Source: Thecamonas trahens ATCC 50062 (taxonomy: Eukaryota; Protista; Apusomonadida). Taken from it: a stretch of 64,000 bases of DNA. Below the pieces are notes generated by a model. It was given only the letters and a program-made list of their open reading frames with translations. It was not told the origin of the DNA and did not search any database. The stretch spans positions 283,689-347,688 of the forward strand of contig NW_013657665.1 in NCBI RefSeq assembly GCF_000142905.1. Reading direction: 5' to 3'. Position 1 is the stretch's first letter. Every line of letters begins with the position of its first letter. Positions 41,886-53,038 of the stretch are shown here, in pieces. Made by a program: the position numbers and the translations under genes.

Positions 41886-44800
41886 TCATGCCTCAGTCTC
41901 CTCGCCTGAAGCCTGGGCCGTCTCGTCCGACGACGAGGCATGGCCGACAGGCCGCCCGGCCCAGATCGAGGCCGCCGAGGCCATAATCTTGCGCGACTTG
42001 TCCTCCTTCTCCTTTGACTTGGTCTCGGAGAGCTTAGAACGGAGCTCGAGGAACGACGACTCGAGCTGAGCCGCAATCTCGGCCTCGACCATGGCCGTCC
42101 GCGAGAGAAGCCGGCCCTCGGCAATAGCCTCCATCCGGGCCTTGAACTCATCCTCGTAGAGGTGGGCGTAGTTGACAAGCAAGTTGCGGAGCGTAATTGT
42201 TGACGCCAGTTCGCTGTTGACCGAGACATCCGATGAGATTTGCCGCGCGAGCGTGTCCGACCCGCTGGCACCCCCACCGGCTGCCGACACCGCGTCTTCG
42301 GAGATCTTGGCGAGGTGATCCTCCATCGCACCAGCCAAACGATGCGCAAACTCGACCCGCAACTCGTCAGCGTCGGCGACAACCTTGCGGAGCGTGGTGA
42401 GCTCATCAAGCAGCGCCCGGTTCATCGCGGCAGAGATAGTTAGCAGGGCCTGGAGCATGGCCACGTCATCATTGCCGGACCGGTCCGCCATGGCCTCCGC
42501 CATCTTGTCACGGAAGAGCTTGGCGTAGCCGGGGCCAAACGTCGCTGCCCACTCGAACAGCTGCTCGCGCTTCGACGCCACTTGCTGCTCAATCCGGCCC
42601 TCGAGTGCCTTGTGCGCAGCCGCCGCTGCTGCCGCCTCACTCTGCGCCGCCTCGAGCGCAATCACCGTCTGGGTGTGCGCGTCCTGCGACGCCCGGAGCT
42701 CGGCATCGAGCGATTCGGCCCGCGCCTCGGCGGAGTGGCACCGGCTCTCCAGCGCGTTGATAGAGCTGTGCAGGCCGGCTGCAGCGGCCTCAAGCTCGGC
42801 ACTCTTAGTTGCCTCGAGTGTCACCTTGTCTGCTGCCGACTTGTGCGCAGCCGCAGCCTCATCCGCGCGGTGTTCGGCGGCCGCCAGCGCCGCCTTGAGC
42901 CGAGCAATCTCGTCGGTGGCATCTTGCAGCGACTTGAGCTTCTGGCTCACGTCCTCGCCGAGAACAAGCTTGGCTGACTCGAGCGTCGCCAGCTGGGCAT
43001 TGGCCGCGTCTAACGCCTTCACCGCCGTGCTCAGCTGCTGCTCAAGAACCGCTTGTCGTGCCTCGTGGCTCTCGCGGGCAACGTCAGCTGCGGACTTTGC
43101 CGCTTGCAGTGCCGTCTCTAGCCGCACCACCTCAGCCGACGCTGCCGCTGCCGCAGCAGTCTTGGCCGCCACCTGCGACTCCAACGCGATCCGTGCTTGT
43201 TCGACCTGGGCGTGCTTTGCTGCGAGAGTGGCCAGATCGGTCTTGGCCGTCCCCAGCTGCTGCTCGAGCATGACAATCCGTGCCTTGAGCGCTGCCGTCG
43301 CCGACTCTTGTGCCGTGAGTGAGTTCGACTTGGTCGTATGCACCGAGTGCAGGTCCTTGTGCTCATTCACCAGCGCGTGGTACTTGTCCGACAGCTCGCG
43401 GTTGGCCACCTTGAGGGCCGCAATCTCTTCGTGTGCCTTGTCAGCATCTGCAGTCGCTGCAGCCAGCTGAGACTCGACGCGCGCTCGCGCCGCGCTCTCG
43501 TTGGACAACTGCGCGTTCAGCGCCGAGCCGGCGTCGAGTGCAGCGTCGCGGGCGGCGCGCGCCGCCGCGTGGTGCTCAACTTCGGTGGCGAGCTTCGACT
43601 CGGCCGCCGTCACCTTGTGCTGCAGCTTGGTGATGACATCCGAGTCGGAGAGCTCCGCGATTCGAACCTGGAGCGACTCGACCTGCGCCGCCAGCGATGC
43701 CGCCTCGGCTCGGAGCTGTGTATTGGCCTCGGCCCCAGCGCTGAGCTTGTCTGCACACACGGCATGGTCGTCGACAATATGCTGCATGCGAGCCTCGAGC
43801 TTGGCCTTTTCTGCGCTCGTCTGAGCAAGCTCTGCACGGAGCTCGTCGAGCTTGGCTGTCGCCGTCGCCGCCGCTGCCGCCACTTCGTCGTGCCGCGCCG
43901 CTGCCGCCGCAAGCGCAGCATGGTTATCGCGGACGTTGGTCATCATCTCGCTCTGCAGCGAGGCTAGGGCAGACGTCGCCGATGCTGCCGCCGACGTCTG
44001 CTCCGCAACAGCCTGTTGAGCCGCGGCAAGCGCGTCTACGGCCTCGTCGCGGGCAGTGCGCGCGGCTATCGCGTCTGCCTCGACCTCGGCCGCCACTGCC
44101 CGCGACTTCGCCAGCACCTCGCTCAGTGATGCCACTTGGGCGGCCAGCTCGTCAATCCGTGCCGACGCCGCCGCAGACTCTTCAGCAGCTGCCGCACGGA
44201 ACCCGTTAAGCTTCGCCTGCTCGGCCTCGAGCGCAGCAACGGCGTCGTCACGGGCAGAGAGTGCAGCTTGCAGCTCGCGGGCTTGATCGCGCGCAGCAGA
44301 CTTGACCGTCGCATTTTTGGCTTTGGACGCCTTGAGCGAAGCCATGAGCTTGTCGTTGGCGGCGAGCGCAGCGTTGAGCGACTCTGCGAGCGACGCACGA
44401 TCGTGGACTACCGCCGTGGCTTCCGAGTGGACATTGTTGAGGGAGGCGGCGTGCGCCTCGATCGCACGCAGTCGCTCGACCTCGGCCTTGAGCGTGTAGA
44501 CCTGCGACCGGAGCTCGTTGTGGGCCCGCAGCTCTGGTGCAAGCTCGAGCGCAGACCTCAGCGAGGCAACCGATGCCTGCTCGTGTGCGAGCTCGGCCTT
44601 GAGGTTGGCGTTGGCATCGCGAAGGTTTGCAATGGTGGCGGCAGTAATGTCGGTGCGGGCAAGCGCGTCGTTGCGCTCGGACACCGCCCGAGCCGTCTGG
44701 GCTTTGAGCAAGTCGACTTGTTCGCGCAGGCCGTTGGTAGCGTGCTCGACTCGAAGATTGGCCTCGGTTTGCGAGAGCCGGTGCGCCGCGCGCTCAGATT

Positions 44801-46211
44801 CCAGCTCGGCGCGGAGCTCATTGGCGATTCGGCGCTCGGCCGCGAGCTGCTCGTTGTTAGCATCTGCGGTCCACGAAACAATCCGCCGAACGGCAGCCTC
44901 GACACCGGCACGGATGCTCTTGTTTCGCGAGGGGACGAGGAACTTTTGCAGCTGGATGAGGTCGAGAAGATCAAGGTGGTCCGCGTGCCGGCCCTGAAGG
45001 GCCTGAGTACGGATCGCCGGGTCCGGCGCAGTCAGCGCCACAAAGGCGAGACCGTCGCAAATGGCGTAGACCCACTTCCACGACGCACGACGCTGAGTCT
45101 GCTTGTAGAGGAAGGTCTGCAACTGGACAAGCGCAGCCGCTGACGAACGCGCAGCCATAAACATGCTCGAGAGAAGCACGGCTGGCGGGAACCAGTTCTT
45201 GGGCTTGGTCTGGAGCGAGGAGCCGACAAAGTACCCAATGGCCTGCGAGAGGCTGGCGTCGGCGACAACCAGGGAGAGTGTTGCCGCTGTCTCGGGCGGG
45301 AGCGTGCCGTCCAGTGAGGCATTCAGCGCATGAAGGGCGCAGACTGCGCGCGCCGCTGCATACGCTACATTGGGGTTGCCCTTGTTCCGCGATCGCTCGA
45401 CTGCCGCCACTGCGGCCGGCAAGGCGCCGACCGAGACCAGCGCGTCCAGACCGATCTGCAAGTCGTGGCGGGCCACAGCCTCAGCGTCAGCGGCGAGGCC
45501 GGTGGGTGCCGGCGGATTCTCGACCGACGCCGGTGCGAGCAGAAGCCGGTGGAGGAGGAGAAGCGCTTCGACAGTTGCGGCGTACGTCTTGAGCAGCCAA
45601 AAGTGCCGCTCAGCTGCAAGCACGTTGTGCTTCGAGTAGCCAGCAACCGATCCCAGTGCTGAAAGCAGCACCCGCTCCAGCCAAAGCAGCGGAGGAGCAA
45701 AGCGTGTCGTGGCCGCAAACGACGCCAGTGCCAACTCCCACACCTCGGCGAGCAGACGAGCTCCCTTGCGGACTTCGAACCGATCGAGACGATCCTGCAG
45801 CTCGTTCCGCGCAGCGTCGACCTCTGCCGCTCCACTGTTTCGCCACACGTCTGCGCTCGCCATCAGTCCTGCCCGGGCCACCAGCTCTGCCACCGATGCC
45901 TGCTCGGGTGCGGCATCAGCGGGAGTACGTTTGCGTGGCGACGACGTCCGCCGGCGCCTGGTACGGATCTTTGTCTTCGACCTGTTGGCGCTTTTCCTTG
46001 CACCCGGTCTCGCTACAACATGAGCTCCATCACCATTCCGTGGCAAGGAGAACCGTGTGGCATTTGGTAGAGCGCCCGTCGACGACGATGAGTCCCAGTC
46101 CGAGTCGCTCAGGAGAGCCGACGCTGTCAACGGAACAGCGGCAGCAGCAGCCGCACTGCCAGTGGAGGCAGGGGCCGGCGACGAGTACGAGAGACCCTCC
46201 GAGGACGACAT
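41886..46211 (-). CDS. Long coiled-coil protein with an N-terminal helical domain
   Basis: About 800 aa of Ala/Glu/Leu heptads; no specific family recognised; likely ATG at 46211. Confidence 0.8.
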   Translation of the reverse strand: MSSSEGLSYSSPAPASTGSAAAAAAVPLTASALLSDSDWDSSSSTGALPNATRFSLPRNGDGAHVVARPGARKSANRSKTKIRTRRRRTSSPRKRTPADAAPEQASVAELVARAGLMASADVWRNSGAAEVDAARNELQDRLDRFEVRKGARLLAEVWELALASFAATTRFAPPLLWLERVLLSALGSVAGYSKHNVLAAERHFWLLKTYAATVEALLLLHRLLLAPASVENPPAPTGLAADAEAVARHDLQIGLDALVSVGALPAAVAAVERSRNKGNPNVAYAAARAVCALHALNASLDGTLPPETAATLSLVVADASLSQAIGYFVGSSLQTKPKNWFPPAVLLSSMFMAARSSAAALVQLQTFLYKQTQRRASWKWVYAICDGLAFVALTAPDPAIRTQALQGRHADHLDLLDLIQLQKFLVPSRNKSIRAGVEAAVRRIVSWTADANNEQLAAERRIANELRAELESERAAHRLSQTEANLRVEHATNGLREQVDLLKAQTARAVSERNDALARTDITAATIANLRDANANLKAELAHEQASVASLRSALELAPELRAHNELRSQVYTLKAEVERLRAIEAHAASLNNVHSEATAVVHDRASLAESLNAALAANDKLMASLKASKAKNATVKSAARDQARELQAALSARDDAVAALEAEQAKLNGFRAAAAEESAAASARIDELAAQVASLSEVLAKSRAVAAEVEADAIAARTARDEAVDALAAAQQAVAEQTSAAASATSALASLQSEMMTNVRDNHAALAAAAARHDEVAAAAATATAKLDELRAELAQTSAEKAKLEARMQHIVDDHAVCADKLSAGAEANTQLRAEAASLAAQVESLQVRIAELSDSDVITKLQHKVTAAESKLATEVEHHAAARAARDAALDAGSALNAQLSNESAARARVESQLAAATADADKAHEEIAALKVANRELSDKYHALVNEHKDLHSVHTTKSNSLTAQESATAALKARIVMLEQQLGTAKTDLATLAAKHAQVEQARIALESQVAAKTAAAAAASAEVVRLETALQAAKSAADVARESHEARQAVLEQQLSTAVKALDAANAQLATLESAKLVLGEDVSQKLKSLQDATDEIARLKAALAAAEHRADEAAAAHKSAADKVTLEATKSAELEAAAAGLHSSINALESRCHSAEARAESLDAELRASQDAHTQTVIALEAAQSEAAAAAAAHKALEGRIEQQVASKREQLFEWAATFGPGYAKLFRDKMAEAMADRSGNDDVAMLQALLTISAAMNRALLDELTTLRKVVADADELRVEFAHRLAGAMEDHLAKISEDAVSAAGGGASGSDTLARQISSDVSVNSELASTITLRNLLVNYAHLYEDEFKARMEAIAEGRLLSRTAMVEAEIAAQLESSFLELRSKLSETKSKEKEDKSRKIMASAASIWAGRPVGHASSSDETAQASGEETEA

Positions 46212-46382
46212 GGTGGGATGGGAGGAGGGGCGGTGTGAAAGAAGAGGGTGAGGGTGACGTGTGCAGGGGGCAAGGTGGGGTGGGGGGGAGGTGGACGTGG
46301 GGAACAAGATCCGTTGCCTCCTCGCTGCGGCGGAGGGAGCGGCGTCGGGGCGGTGGCGGAGAAAAGGGGGAAAATACGAGGT

Positions 46383-47465
46383 TTACGAAACCTGGACCGT
46401 GTGGTCGTGCTGGAGGAGGTTGATGCCCTTGGCAATGCGGTCAGCGGTACGCTGGCGGTGCTTGGCGACGAGCGAGAGCGAGGTAGCGCGGCGGCCCCAG
46501 ACCAGGCCAAAGAGAGCGAGGAAGTCAATGACCATGGTGGAGGGGTTGAACTGCCACCAGAGGCCCTCGGCAGCGCGGTAGTCTGTGGGGAAGGCGTGGT
46601 GGAAGTTGTGCCAGCCCTCGCCCATCGAGATGAGCGAGACCACGAGGTTCTCGGCAGCGTGGATGAGGTTGTTGTAGGGGCGGTAGCCGTGCGAAATTGC
46701 ATGGGCAAGCGAGTTGACGCACCAGGTGCAGTGGAGGACAAAGACATGGCGGAAGACGCCAAGGATCCAGAACGAGGCCCAGGCATTGCCGGTGTAGTAG
46801 TAGCCAAGCATGGTGGGGAGCGCGTAGCAGAAAACAAGGACCGACGGCAGGTAGTACTTCTGCTGCAGGGTGACGACCGGGTCCGAGGTCAGGTCCGAGA
46901 GATCAAGCTTCTTGCCAGCGGCAATAACCTCGGGGCGCTTGCGGAGCATGACCCAGCCCATGTGGGCGTGGAACATGCCGTCGGCGGCGTTGTACGGGTC
47001 GGCCGGCGTCTCCGAGCCCATGTGGTGGACGCGGTGGTCGCGCGCCCACTCAAAGATCGAGCCCTGGTAGGCCATCGAGTTGACCATGGCAAGGGCAATA
47101 CGGACAACAATGTGCGCCTGGTACGACTTGTGCGACCAGAGCCGGTGGACGCCCATGGTGATGCCAAGGCCGGAAATGGGCCAGAGGATGCCGAGGCCGA
47201 GCGCCGCCAGAAAGAGGCCGTGCGGCACGGTAAGCGCGAGGCCGATGCCGTAGAGAGCACCAACGTGGACAACCGCCAGGAAGAAGACGTTGAACCAGAC
47301 AATGTCCTCGCGGGTGTAGCCCTCGGGCGTCCACTTGGCCACAAAGGCGTCAACCACCGAGTCCAGCGAGGTCAGCGTCGACTCGCCGGCCGCACGCGTG
47401 TCAGTGTTCCGAGGTGACGAGGCCTTGGCCTTACCGCCAAACCGCTCCTTCATCACAGACGACAT
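46383..47465 (-). CDS. SCD: Acyl-CoA delta-9 desaturase (SCD type, no fused cytochrome b5)
   Basis: His boxes HRLWSH, HRVHH, HNFHH; GITMG, WARDH, TWCVNSLAH, GEGWHN. Confidence 0.95.
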   Translation of the reverse strand: MSSVMKERFGGKAKASSPRNTDTRAAGESTLTSLDSVVDAFVAKWTPEGYTREDIVWFNVFFLAVVHVGALYGIGLALTVPHGLFLAALGLGILWPISGLGITMGVHRLWSHKSYQAHIVVRIALAMVNSMAYQGSIFEWARDHRVHHMGSETPADPYNAADGMFHAHMGWVMLRKRPEVIAAGKKLDLSDLTSDPVVTLQQKYYLPSVLVFCYALPTMLGYYYTGNAWASFWILGVFRHVFVLHCTWCVNSLAHAISHGYRPYNNLIHAAENLVVSLISMGEGWHNFHHAFPTDYRAAEGLWWQFNPSTMVIDFLALFGLVWGRRATSLSLVAKHRQRTADRIAKGINLLQHDHTVQVS

Positions 47466-47707
47466 GGTGGGACTTCTCAAGTTGTAGCTGAACTAGTACA
47501 AGATGTGAAGAGAAAAGTGGTGGAGGAGTGTGAAGTGCGGGGAGGGGAGGGAGGGGGGAGGGGGGGGGGGGGGGCCTGGGGGGGGGAGGGGCACGTGACC
47601 TGCGTGGATGGAGATGGTGCCACGTCGGACAAGGGGACACGGAAATGGATTGGGTTGGGCGCAATGTGTCATTTTTTATCGTGACAGCACAGAGAAACAC
47701 TATTGAT

Positions 47708-47770
47708 ATGGCGCAGGGATGTATATGTATGGCGCAGGGATGAATGGCGCAGGGATGAATGGCACAGGGA
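47708..47770. repeat. Intergenic minisatellite atggcgcagggatg(a) x4
   Basis: Units start at 47708, 47729, 47744 and 47759. Confidence 0.9.
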
Positions 47771-47803
47771 GGTAAGACAGGGGGGGGGGCAGTGCTACTG
47801 CCA

Positions 47804-48458
47804 TCAGGTGATCGAGCGTGCAGCAAGCTTGAGACGGAGTCTGATCTGGCGGACAAACTCCTTGAACGAGAGTGTCTTGGCCGGCGAGAGCTGGGTATCG
47901 AGGAGAAACTTGCGGAGGAGAGCCGGAGAGAGCTGCTCGCGGAAGCGGCGACAGATGATGTGCATGGCATCCTCGACGGTGATAAAGCCGGATGACTCGG
48001 GATCGTACATGAGAAACTCGACGAGGTTGAGCAGACGCGACGGCGAAAACTCAGACGCTTCTTGCGGGGCGCGATAGTACATGCTCTCGATGTCTGCGAG
48101 GGTGAGAAAGCCGTCTGCGTCCGAGTCGCACTCCCACACGATGTCGTCGACACGGGCCCGCGTCACAGAGACGCCGATGGTGCGGAACGCCAGCTGGATG
48201 TCCTTGGCGCTAATCTTGCGGCGCTCATGCACATCCAGCCGCTGGAAGACTTCGGCCAACCGATCCTCCTCTGTTTCTTGGTACTCCTGCGCAAGCCGCA
48301 GACGTGGGAATGTGAGTCCAGGCCTGTCGGGCCCAGCCGCCGACCAACACCACCACCGCCGCATGCCACACGTTTCAGCCTCCCGCCTCGCTTCACAGCA
48401 GCACCCGCCCTCCTGTCGGCACCCAAATACACATGCTGCAGGTGTGTGTTCATACCAT
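47804..48458 (-). CDS. EF-hand calmodulin/centrin-like protein; intron immediately after the ATG (48455-48287)
   Basis: ATG|GTATGA...GACTCAC...CAG|GAG is in frame; EF loops DSDADGFLTLAD and DPESSGFITVED. Confidence 0.8.
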
Positions 48459-48563
48459 GCGGAAAGCTTTCCCTCGCTGCGTCTCTAGTGGCTCACGAGA
48501 GCGGTGGGGAGAGTGGGCACTCCCGCACTCATACCGGCGCTACGGCACGGCTGTCCGTTGCGG

Positions 48564-51500
48564 CTACAGGCCGCGGACATGCAGCGCATCGAGGAGGGTC
48601 GCCGATGACCAGGCCTGGGTTGGGCAAGAGAACGGACACTCGGCGCCGTCAGGATTGACAAGCTCGGGCATGCCGTGCCAAACATCGGTCTCCAGGTGCT
48701 CGGCGTGCGGATGAAGGATCGAGTCGATCGAGGCGCCCACGTCGAGCTCGCTCCCAAAGAACACGGCGAGGGCACGGAGGAGGTAGCCGAGCGGCCAGAC
48801 CCACTCGGGGCCCTGGTGGTAGTTGAAGCCGGCGGCAGTGGCGTATGCGTCCGAGTCAGTTGAGTTGTCGTAGACCGGCGCATAGTGTGGATCTCGCGGA
48901 TCGAGCGTCCTCATCCCGAGCGTGCCGACGAGCGTGTCGGTGAGCGTCCGCAGGCACGCCTTGGCGTGGTCGGCATCAAACAACTCTGGCGCAACTGCCA
49001 ACGCCACCGCACAATTGGGCCGCAGCTGCCAGTCGGTCCACCCGTGGCTCGCCCCGACGCAGTCCTTGTATACTCCGGTCGTCACTGCCCAGCAGCCGGG
49101 GCCATCGCCCGCCGCAGGCTTGAGCGGTATGTAGAACGCAGGCTCAAAATTGCTCGCGATACGCTCGTACCAAGCTGCTGGTGTGAGCGCGCAGGAGCTC
49201 AAGCCCCAGGCTGCGGCCGCTTCATCGCTAGGCAGTGCTAGACTGGCTACCAGCCCGGTCTTTGCCAGCCATCGCAGGACCGCGGCGCAGAGAGCAACCA
49301 ACTCGATGGCCGAGCCGTCACGCGGGGTGGCTGGCACTCCGGCGTTGCCTGCCCGCGACGACGAGCCCATCTTGTCCATCCACGTCCCACAGTTGGCAGC
49401 CGAGCCGCCGTGCACAAAACCAGTAGCAGGCGCAACGCCGGCTGAGACGTTGAAGCCGGCGTCCGACATGTGCGCATCGAGCTCTCCGCCGGCGTTTGTC
49501 TCGCGGAACTGGATGCCAGCCAGGTGCGCTTCCAGAATGTGGGCAGCGACGTCGACGAGCGATACCACTGGCCTGCTCTCGTCCCATGGCGCGTCAAGCA
49601 CAACCGCGTGCGGATTCGTGAGAAAGGCACGAGCGCCGTCGCCGCCAAGTGCATCGTAATCGACGAGGGCGTGTAGGAACCACCACGAGGCGTCGCGCGC
49701 GTTGTAACGCGGCTTTTTGCCGCCGTCAACAGGTTGGGAATGAGGCCGTGACGAACAGTCCTTGCAAAGTTGATGAGCAGCTTCTCGGCGTCGGCTACGC
49801 GCCCAGTGACGAGGAACAGGCCACGGAGCGCGATAAAGGTGTCGCGGCCCCACTCGCGCATAAAGCCGGCCGAGAAGTGCGGGAGGCCTGCGGCGAGCGA
49901 GCCTGTCGGGACCTCGGCCGTTGGCCCAAAGACCTGGAACGAGGTCATTGCCAGTCGCTGCGTCAGCGTGCTTGCGCTTGGAGGCAGGTTGGGGCAGAGC
50001 GCGAGTGCGCGCGCAGTCAGCGCGTCGACCGCCGCACGGACCACGGCGAAAAAGTAGCGAGGGACAAAAACGGCAGGCAGCGCGAGGACGTGGCCAACTG
50101 CCTTGCCCAGCCACTCTCGGAAGGCTGCAAGGCCGTGCAGCACCTCGCCAAACTTGGACAAGTACACATCGAGCCGGTCCAGCGAGTACTGCAGCGCCCA
50201 CCCGCCGGCACGCAAGTTTGCACACACCGGTGCGCCCATGTCGGATGCCACCGCAGCCGCCCGCAGTGGATCATCAAAGCCTTGCAGGCCGGCGTAGACA
50301 AGCGGCCCAGCGCCCGGCACGTGGTACACCCCTCGCCCGACTGCGTTCTGCTCCTCAGCCTCGCACCGGTACAGCGCCACGTTGATGGCAAGCCCGTTGC
50401 ACTCTTCCACAGCGCGCGTCAGGCTCGGATGCTCGTCTCCATCGACGTGCTCGGCCAGCCACGCCGCGCCAAGAGCGGCCGCGCTGCCGGGCGCCCACGC
50501 CGACGTCGTGAATGCCAGTACTCCGCCGACAGGCAGCAGCCGCAGATCGAGCTCGCTCGACGCTCGGTCGTAACCGAAGAGACCCTGCTGTGGCAATGGT
50601 GGCTCCCAGGTGCCCGATGTGTACACAAAAGCGTGGTCGCGCCAAAGCGTGAGCTTGGCGCCCGAAAGCCCATTGATATAGTCGTCATCCTGCGTAAAGC
50701 TCGACGCAACAGCCTCGTCAAGCTCAAGGCTTGCCGCAAAGGCAAGCCTGGTGATTGGCCCCGGGAGCGTGATCGACTCGGTGGAGCGGGCCGGGGCTAG
50801 CGCACAGCGGACCACAACGACAATGCCGTCCTGGCTCTCGGCGTTGGCGCGAGTGAGGACGATGACGTCACCGCAGGCCTCGACGTGGAACTCTGAGTAC
50901 GCACCGGCGGCGGCGACGGCTGCAAGGTCGTGGATGGCGGCCTTGAGCGGCGTAAAGATAAAGGCGCCTGAGTTCGGCACCGGGTACAGCCGCGCTTCAG
51001 TGACTACGTTGAGGTGGTGCGGGACAAGCCAGTCGTAGCCCCAGTTGGAGCCCGTGTCTGAGGCGGTCAGACCGATGAGCGCCGCGAGGCCGAGAGCATG
51101 CTCTATCGGAAAGAGCTCCGCCACAGCCGGATTGTCGTGTGTCGCCTCGTAAACGATGGCGCCCGGCTTGTGACGCGGGACGTGCGGTGGGACTCCTGCG
51201 AGCTCCCGCGATAGCGCTGCCACCGGAAGCCGCGCGCCCGAGTAGGTGTACAGAAAGTCGGCGAGAGCCCGCGGCGAGGTGACATGAAGGCCCTCGCGGA
51301 TGAGGTTGTGGATGCCGAGATGCGCTACATACTCCGCGTCACGCTCAGCGCTCGGGGTAAAGAGCTCAGCCATGACGTAGAGGTTGGGACGGATGGCGCG
51401 TGCAGCATCGAGCAGCGCCTCGGCAACGTGCATCGGTGTCGAGTGGGCGTTGTCGATGCGAAAGCCGTCAAAAATGCTCGCCATGGTCTCGGTGTACGCA

Positions 51501-52927
51501 ACCATCTGCTTCCACGCAGCTGGTGAGTCGGCCGGTCCCGAACCGTACCGCAGCTTGACGAGATCGCCCCAGATGTTGACGGCGCGGCGGAGGTAGTCGA
51601 ACGAGGCCGGGCCCGCAAAGTCGACTGTCGGATCGGCGCCGACCCATCCGTTGTTGGCCACAATGTACTGCGGTGTGGCCTCGGCCGAAGCATCGTCAAC
51701 GAGCCGGGTAAAGTACGACGGAGCAAGCGGCGCGTCGGCCGAAATCGAGACTCCAGCGCGCGGCCCGTTGCCAAGCCGCTCCCAAGCCAGCGTGCCGCGG
51801 AGCGCAGCGAACGCGGCCGCCACATGCTCGTCGTACTCGCGGTAGTGTGGAAGATTGATGAGGTCGCACGCCGCGCGCAGCGAGGCCTCATCGCCAAAGG
51901 CTGTCAGCAGGAGAGGAAGGTGGGGCCGGAGCGGAAAGCGGGCGCCTGGAATACGGGTGATGCCTGACGGGGACGCGCAAATGTGGGCAACTCGCTCGTC
52001 GACCGAGAGGTGCGCAAGTGCTGGCGCCACTGCCGCGTACGGGTGCATGGCCCAGAAGGCGTGGGCCTCGGCGACGATGCCGTCAACGTCGATCACAAAG
52101 TACTCCCACAGCCGTAGCTCGGCAAATGTCGAGCTGCGAAAGGCGTCGAGAACGGCGTCAACGTCAGCATCGGATGCAGGCGTAGCCAGTGAGGGCGGGC
52201 AGGTGCTCGAGAATCGCGCGATAGCATCATCGAGTACAAAGGCAGGGATGAGGTGCGGCGAGTTGGCGAGCGAGTAGCAGACGTCTGGATTGTCGCGGAT
52301 CCACTGCGACGACGCTGCGGTGTGGTTCCACACAACATCAACGACTAGTTCAAGGCCGAGTCTGGCGCGCAGCGAGTCTGCCGCGGCGGCGAGTGCATCC
52401 CACGAGCCGATGGCCGGCGCTGGGGAGAGCTGGTCGGCGATGGCGTAGGCCGATCCCGAGTCGCCGAGGGCCTGAACAGGCGTAAAGTGGATGGTCGAGT
52501 ATCCTCCGGTCTGAGCCGGAGCAAGGACCTCTTCCCAGCGGTCGAGCGGGCCCATGCACTTTGCGAGGACAGTGGCGATGGCTCGCGGCGGCGAGGCCGG
52601 CAGGACGACGACAAGGGCGTGCTCGGCCGAGACGGGGCAAGAGCCGGTCTTTGCGCGCGGCATAACCACCTTGTAGCGATGCACACCCGGAGAGCTGACG
52701 GTGACGTCGGCGACGTATGCCCGCGCCGAAGCGTCAAAGGTCAGCGGCGTGGACGGCAGCTCGGTAGCCAGCCAGGGCGCTGTGCGCGGCGTGGCGGCCG
52801 GGGCGAGAGAGGCCGGCGCAGGCGTCGGCACCACCAGCTGGACCACATGTGGAAGGGACGGAGGGTGGATGAGGGTGAGGCCGTGGGGTGGGTGCCCACT
52901 GGGGGAGAGGCGCACCGTCGTCTGCAT
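48564..52927 (-). CDS. AGL: Glycogen debranching enzyme (4-alpha-glucanotransferase / amylo-1,6-glucosidase); apparent -1 frameshift near 49727
   Basis: DVVWNHTA, GFRIDNAHSTP, AELFT, ATHDN, LAAGLPHF, WGRDTFIALRG, GLIPNLL|DGG..RYNARDA, CGTWMDKMG, NYHQGPEWVW, CPTQAWS. Confidence 0.95.
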
Positions 52928-53038
52928 GTGGGACGGGTGCAGTGGGTGGGGAGTGGCATGCAGCACGAGGGCCGCTGCCGCTGGTCCGGGAACGGCGGGT
53001 CGACCAATGGCGTTTACTATGACCCAAGACCGTGGGCG

